The notes under the pieces: generated by a model | Database searches by the model: none | Seen by the model: only the letters and a program-made list of their open reading frames with translations | What the model was told of the DNA's origin: nothing | Assembly: GCA_963848965.1 (NCBI GenBank) | Contig: CAWKFG010000005.1 | Coordinates: forward strand, 1 to 64,000 | Length of the DNA stretch: 64,000 nucleotides | Reading direction: 5' to 3' | DNA from: an uncultured bacterium | Lineage (GTDB): Bacteria > Babelota > Babeliae > Babelales > Babelaceae | Part shown: positions 60,340-64,000 of the stretch, piece after piece | How the letters are laid out: each line of letters opens with the position of its first letter | Position numbering within the stretch: position 1 is the first letter of the stretch | Translations under genes and position numbers: made by a program

Positions 60340-60512
60340 TGCTTCATGGTTAGTTAGGTACTTACTTATAACTACTTTCTCTCCCTTCATAGTTATAAGT
60401 AGTATTGGTTACGAAGCACTGCTTGTAAGAGTACATAGTTAAGGACTCAAAACGTTACTACAATTCCTTCTTAGCTAGTTGCGAGTCTTTAACTATCTGC
60501 TCTTATTTTTTT
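60340..60512 (+). ncRNA. Candidate structured small RNA: two long hairpins with C/U-rich loops and a U-tail
   Basis: Hairpin 1 spans 60340-60418 with core TACTTATAACTA/TAGTTATAAGTA. Hairpin 2 spans 60426-60505 with core ATAGTTAAGGACTC/GAGTCTTTAACTAT. G-U pairs favour the + strand. Confidence 0.5.
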
Positions 60513-61363
60513 ACCAAAAGACTGTTTAGTACCTGGAGGTTGTGGGCAAAGCCTTCAAGCGTATCGTTGGGTGTTTCTAAGAGTTTAGGAATAAAAAGAA
60601 GACGAGGATCGTTCATAAGCAATGTAAACGCCTTTAAAGGAATTGTACCCTTGCCGATGTCTGCATGCCTATCTACGCAAGAATTTTTCGGTTTTAGGGA
60701 ATCATTTATATGAAGAGCCTTAAGATGCTGAAATCCAATAATGTCATCAAAGTCTTTCCATAGGTTGTTATAAGCTTTCTCTGTTGAAAAGTCGTAGCCA
60801 GCGGCCCATATATGGCAAGTATCAAGACATATCCCTACGCGCTCTTTTTCTTCAACTAAAGAACGAATAAATGCAAGCTGCTCAAAGGTACTGCCTACGC
60901 ACGAGCCTTGACCAGCCATGGTTTCTAAAAGTACCATTACAGAATTTTTGTGTGTCTGAAAAAGAATATTAAGTGATTCAGCTATTTGTTGAAGTCCTCG
61001 CTGTTCATCTTTTACTCCTGCTCCTGGGTGTAGTACAAGGTAGGGTAATGAAAGTTGCTCACAGTGTATAAGCTCTTTGCCGAGTGTTTCTTGTGACTTT
61101 TTAAGCGTATCTGCTGAAGCAGTGCCAAGGTTGATAAGATAGCTTGCATGAGCTACTGAGGTTGTAATACCGGTTTCTTTTTGAGCTCTTTTAGTGCTTT
61201 CTATAACCTCTTGAGAGAGCTCTTTACAGTGCCATTGGCGGTTACTATGAGTAAAGATTTGAATAGTAGTGCACCCTATTGAATGCCCTCTCCAGAAGGC
61301 TTGATCTATACCTCCAGAGATTGACATATGTGCTCCTAGAAGGCCTTTATACTTTTTTGACAT
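60503..61363 (-). CDS. nfo: Endonuclease IV (deoxyribonuclease IV)
   Basis: GAHMSI.GG, HASYLINL, HPG, LETMAGQG, CLDTCH, HINDS, DRH and LETP. Confidence 0.95.
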   Translation of the reverse strand: MSKKYKGLLGAHMSISGGIDQAFWRGHSIGCTTIQIFTHSNRQWHCKELSQEVIESTKRAQKETGITTSVAHASYLINLGTASADTLKKSQETLGKELIHCEQLSLPYLVLHPGAGVKDEQRGLQQIAESLNILFQTHKNSVMVLLETMAGQGSCVGSTFEQLAFIRSLVEEKERVGICLDTCHIWAAGYDFSTEKAYNNLWKDFDDIIGFQHLKALHINDSLKPKNSCVDRHADIGKGTIPLKAFTLLMNDPRLLFIPKLLETPNDTLEGFAHNLQVLNSLLVKK

Positions 61364-61550
61364 GATGAGCCTTTACCTTTTGTGATACTTTTTACCCTCC
61401 TTTTTCAATAATACGTATAAAAAATTAATTTGACAAATTAGCGAAAATCATTAACTTGAGGATGTCTCAGGGGGCACTGGATTCTTAAAAAAGGTAGTAG
61501 CATAGTAAGCAACAGATTTTACTTCAGTTTTAGGAAAATAAGGAGAATTT

Positions 61551-63680
61551 ATGAGCAAGCAGCTACGCTTGTACTATCCTCTTCAAAGGGCTTTACTTTA
61601 TGGAATACTACTCATAGCAGTAGGTGTTGTAGCACAGCCTGCAGCCCAAAGACCTGCAGATACCGTAAAAGAGGCGGTAGCCAAAGAGGAAGTGGCTAAA
61701 AAAGATGTAGGGGAAAAAGTTATTAAAGAAGAGAAGGTTGTTAAAGAAAAGGTTGCTCAAGAAGAGAGTGAAAAAAAGAAAGAAGAAAAAAAAGAGAAAC
61801 CTAAGAAAGCATTATTAACCTATGTAAATGGAGATAGTGAATTTAGGTTTTGGACAAAATTGAAAATGCCTGACTTTACCTATGGTAGAAATCTCCGATT
61901 ACTTAATGATGATAATCCAACAGACCGAGTTATATTTTTTCGTCATACCTTAGACTTTAATTTTGAATATCGCTATGGCAAAGCAAGCCGTGAATATGAC
62001 GTAGTATTTGCTCGTATGGATATACGTAATAAAGGTATCTGGGGAGATCCAGAATCTATTGCATTTACTACCCTTTCTACTATTAAAGAAACAGATGCAG
62101 TCTTTGGTGAACATAAACATGCTATTCCTCGTCATATTTTATGGATTCGTGAATTGTGGATTCAACTTTCTCTTACCGACTTACTTTGTTTACCATTCTG
62201 TAATGCGCATACAATTACGTTCGGTGCATTCCCTTTTGAACTCGGTCGTGGTATTGCCTTGGGATCTGCTTTTGCAACTGATCCAAGCGATTTAGGATTT
62301 ATCTCTGAAAGTGCTATTGACCAATATGCATTTGGTGCTAAGCTTTCAGGCGATGTTATCAAAGATGTGCTTACCTATGATTTGTATGCCTCTATTCTTG
62401 ATAATAAGTCTGATACCTTTGATAACGTGAATCTTAAAATTCGAGGTCAAGAATTTGGACATCGTAATGATCAAGCACGAGGATTTGGTATTATTAACTA
62501 TGTAGTAGCAGGACGTGTCAGGTGGACCCCACAGCTTGATCCATGGGCTAAAGTACGAATAGAGCCATATATTCTTTATAATCATAATCCAGAGCAACGT
62601 ATAGAATTTCTTGCTGATGCTACGAGCGATTTAGGAACTGCAGGTGTTGCTGGAGAATTTGAAGTAGGTAACTTTGAATTTGGGTTTGATACTGCCTTTA
62701 ACTTTGGCCGTCAAAATGTAAAAGGATGGGATAGAAACGTTATTGAGCGACAAAATCGAGATGGTACTGTCGTTATTGTAAACTCTCGAGTAAAACAAGC
62801 CCCTCCTGGACAGAAGCCAACACAAAGTTCTCCTACTGCACTAAAAGTACGTGAAAATCAAACTATAATTGATACTTCAAATCGTTCTGCAAGTGAGAAT
62901 GACAAAGAGATAGGAACAAATAGTCTAGGTACCCTTATTAATGATATTGATCGCTTTACAGATCCTTATTTTAATGAGTATAAAGGATATATGTTTGTCT
63001 ATGATATGAGCTATTATATTTGCAAGCCAGATTTACGAGTAAGTGCAGCGTTTGGCTATGCAAGTGGTGATGCTAATCCTAATCGAGACGAAGAGTTTCG
63101 AGGAGATAGCGAAGTTGATGGCGAATATGAAGGATTTATTAGCTTAGAAGAAGCATATTCAGGAACTCGTGTACGTAGTGCCTTCTTGCTCAGTGGTGCT
63201 GCAAAAATTCCACGACCACTGTCTTTTCCTGACCCAGAAGTATTTGAACCATTTCCAACAAATATCTCGCGTTTTACAAACCTTATTTTTGTAGGAGCAG
63301 GAGTAACATGGCAACCTTCTTGGAGCTGTCGTAAGTGGAGTGTGAACCCTAATATATTAGCATATTGGCAAGATTTTCCACCGCGGTTCTTTAATGCTCG
63401 GCTTGGTGAAAATGGGCTGAGATTTGCTCGGCCATTCTTAGGAACAGAGCTCAACGTTTTTGTCGAAGCTCAATTGCTTGATGACTTAAAGTTCTTCTTA
63501 GTATCGTCTCTGTTCTTTCCTGGTGACTTATACAAAGATATTAAAGGACGTCCTTTAAATAGAGCGCAACAAGCATTTTTAGATAACCAAGATAAAACTG
63601 GTATTATTAACGACCGTGTACCATTTTTGGGTGACGATAAATCATTCTATGTCAATACTGGTTTAGAATATAAATTCTAA
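61551..63680 (+). CDS. Outer-membrane beta-barrel protein (alginate-export/porin-like)
   Basis: Signal peptide, K/E-rich linker, alternating beta strands, GYASGD.NP, GTELN and a C-terminal LEYKF. Confidence 0.7.
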   Translation: MSKQLRLYYPLQRALLYGILLIAVGVVAQPAAQRPADTVKEAVAKEEVAKKDVGEKVIKEEKVVKEKVAQEESEKKKEEKKEKPKKALLTYVNGDSEFRFWTKLKMPDFTYGRNLRLLNDDNPTDRVIFFRHTLDFNFEYRYGKASREYDVVFARMDIRNKGIWGDPESIAFTTLSTIKETDAVFGEHKHAIPRHILWIRELWIQLSLTDLLCLPFCNAHTITFGAFPFELGRGIALGSAFATDPSDLGFISESAIDQYAFGAKLSGDVIKDVLTYDLYASILDNKSDTFDNVNLKIRGQEFGHRNDQARGFGIINYVVAGRVRWTPQLDPWAKVRIEPYILYNHNPEQRIEFLADATSDLGTAGVAGEFEVGNFEFGFDTAFNFGRQNVKGWDRNVIERQNRDGTVVIVNSRVKQAPPGQKPTQSSPTALKVRENQTIIDTSNRSASENDKEIGTNSLGTLINDIDRFTDPYFNEYKGYMFVYDMSYYICKPDLRVSAAFGYASGDANPNRDEEFRGDSEVDGEYEGFISLEEAYSGTRVRSAFLLSGAAKIPRPLSFPDPEVFEPFPTNISRFTNLIFVGAGVTWQPSWSCRKWSVNPNILAYWQDFPPRFFNARLGENGLRFARPFLGTELNVFVEAQLLDDLKFFLVSSLFFPGDLYKDIKGRPLNRAQQAFLDNQDKTGIINDRVPFLGDDKSFYVNTGLEYKF

Positions 63681-63687
63681 GTACTTA

Positions 63688-63725
63688 CAGGCTTGAGAGA
63701 ACATCTCAAGCCTGATTTCTTTATT
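63688..63725 (+). terminator. Intrinsic terminator
   Basis: CAGGCTTGAGA-gaaca-TCTCAAGCCTG followed by a T-rich tract. Confidence 0.7.
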
Positions 63726-63852
63726 TACCCCTCCCTTTTGTGATAAAACATATAAAGTACAGCATATACTCATTTTTTTCTAAGCTGTTGTGAAAAAAGT
63801 AAAATACCCTATAGTGAGAGGGATTAAGATCTGTACAACAAAAGGATTTTTT

Positions 63853-64000
63853 ATGAAATTCATCACGTATTGCTTGCATATTTTTACACTACTTGGACTC
63901 TCTTTAGTAGCATATGGTATGGAACCAGATCCTCATGCTGCTTTAGGAAGAAATGTGGCTGCAGGGGTTATACGACCTGTGGTTCCCCCTGTTGTAAAAA
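63853..64000 (+). CDS. Secreted hypothetical protein, 5' part
   Basis: AAGGA RBS. MKFITYCLHIFTLLGLSLVAYGMEPDPHAALG... remains open to the window end. Confidence 0.65.
   Translation, partial: MKFITYCLHIFTLLGLSLVAYGMEPDPHAALGRNVAAGVIRPVVPPVVK

Noticed and set aside
1..64000. tRNA, rRNA, tmRNA or transposase/integrase genes
   Set aside because: None recognised by eye in the intergenic regions or ORFs. A tRNAscan-SE or cmscan run would be needed to exclude them fully.

Overview
The window joins two unrelated genomes at about 5190/5191. Bases 1-5190 are high-GC Alphaproteobacteria-like DNA (Mesorhizobium/Rhizobiales style): a GcvT-family dimethylglycine dehydrogenase, an MttB-family methyltransferase with three compensating 1-nt deletions, two paralogous MFS transporters and a prolyl oligopeptidase cut mid-gene. 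Bases 5191-64000 are AT-rich DNA whose content suggests a protist-infecting intracellular bacterium such as Dependentiae/Babelota (TM6); this taxonomy is an inference from the many signal-peptide ankyrin, LRR, WD40, F-box, BTB and AAA proteins. The AT-rich segment starts inside an IS200/IS605 OMEGA (HEARO/IscB omega) RNA, and it also contains the probable chromosomal origin (9 perfect DnaA boxes plus an AT-rich element upstream of nusA-infB). The best candidates for undescribed systems are: (1) an unannotated 58-aa secreted peptide gene divergent from a multi-TM-GAF-PAS-degenerate AAA-HTH one-component regulator (putative peptide signalling); (2) a secreted EndoU polymorphic toxin whose two paralogous immunity genes flank a SPOUT RNA methyltransferase; (3) a secreted Josephin-like protease fused to an AAA ATPase with tandem lid repeats; (4) a two-hairpin small RNA with anti-Shine-Dalgarno-like loops; (5) a uORF attenuator on an ABC-F gene; (6) a roughly 31-bp palindromic repeat array in front of an AAA_14-DUF4143 ATPase/nuclease. 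All family assignments were made by eye from motifs, with no database searches.
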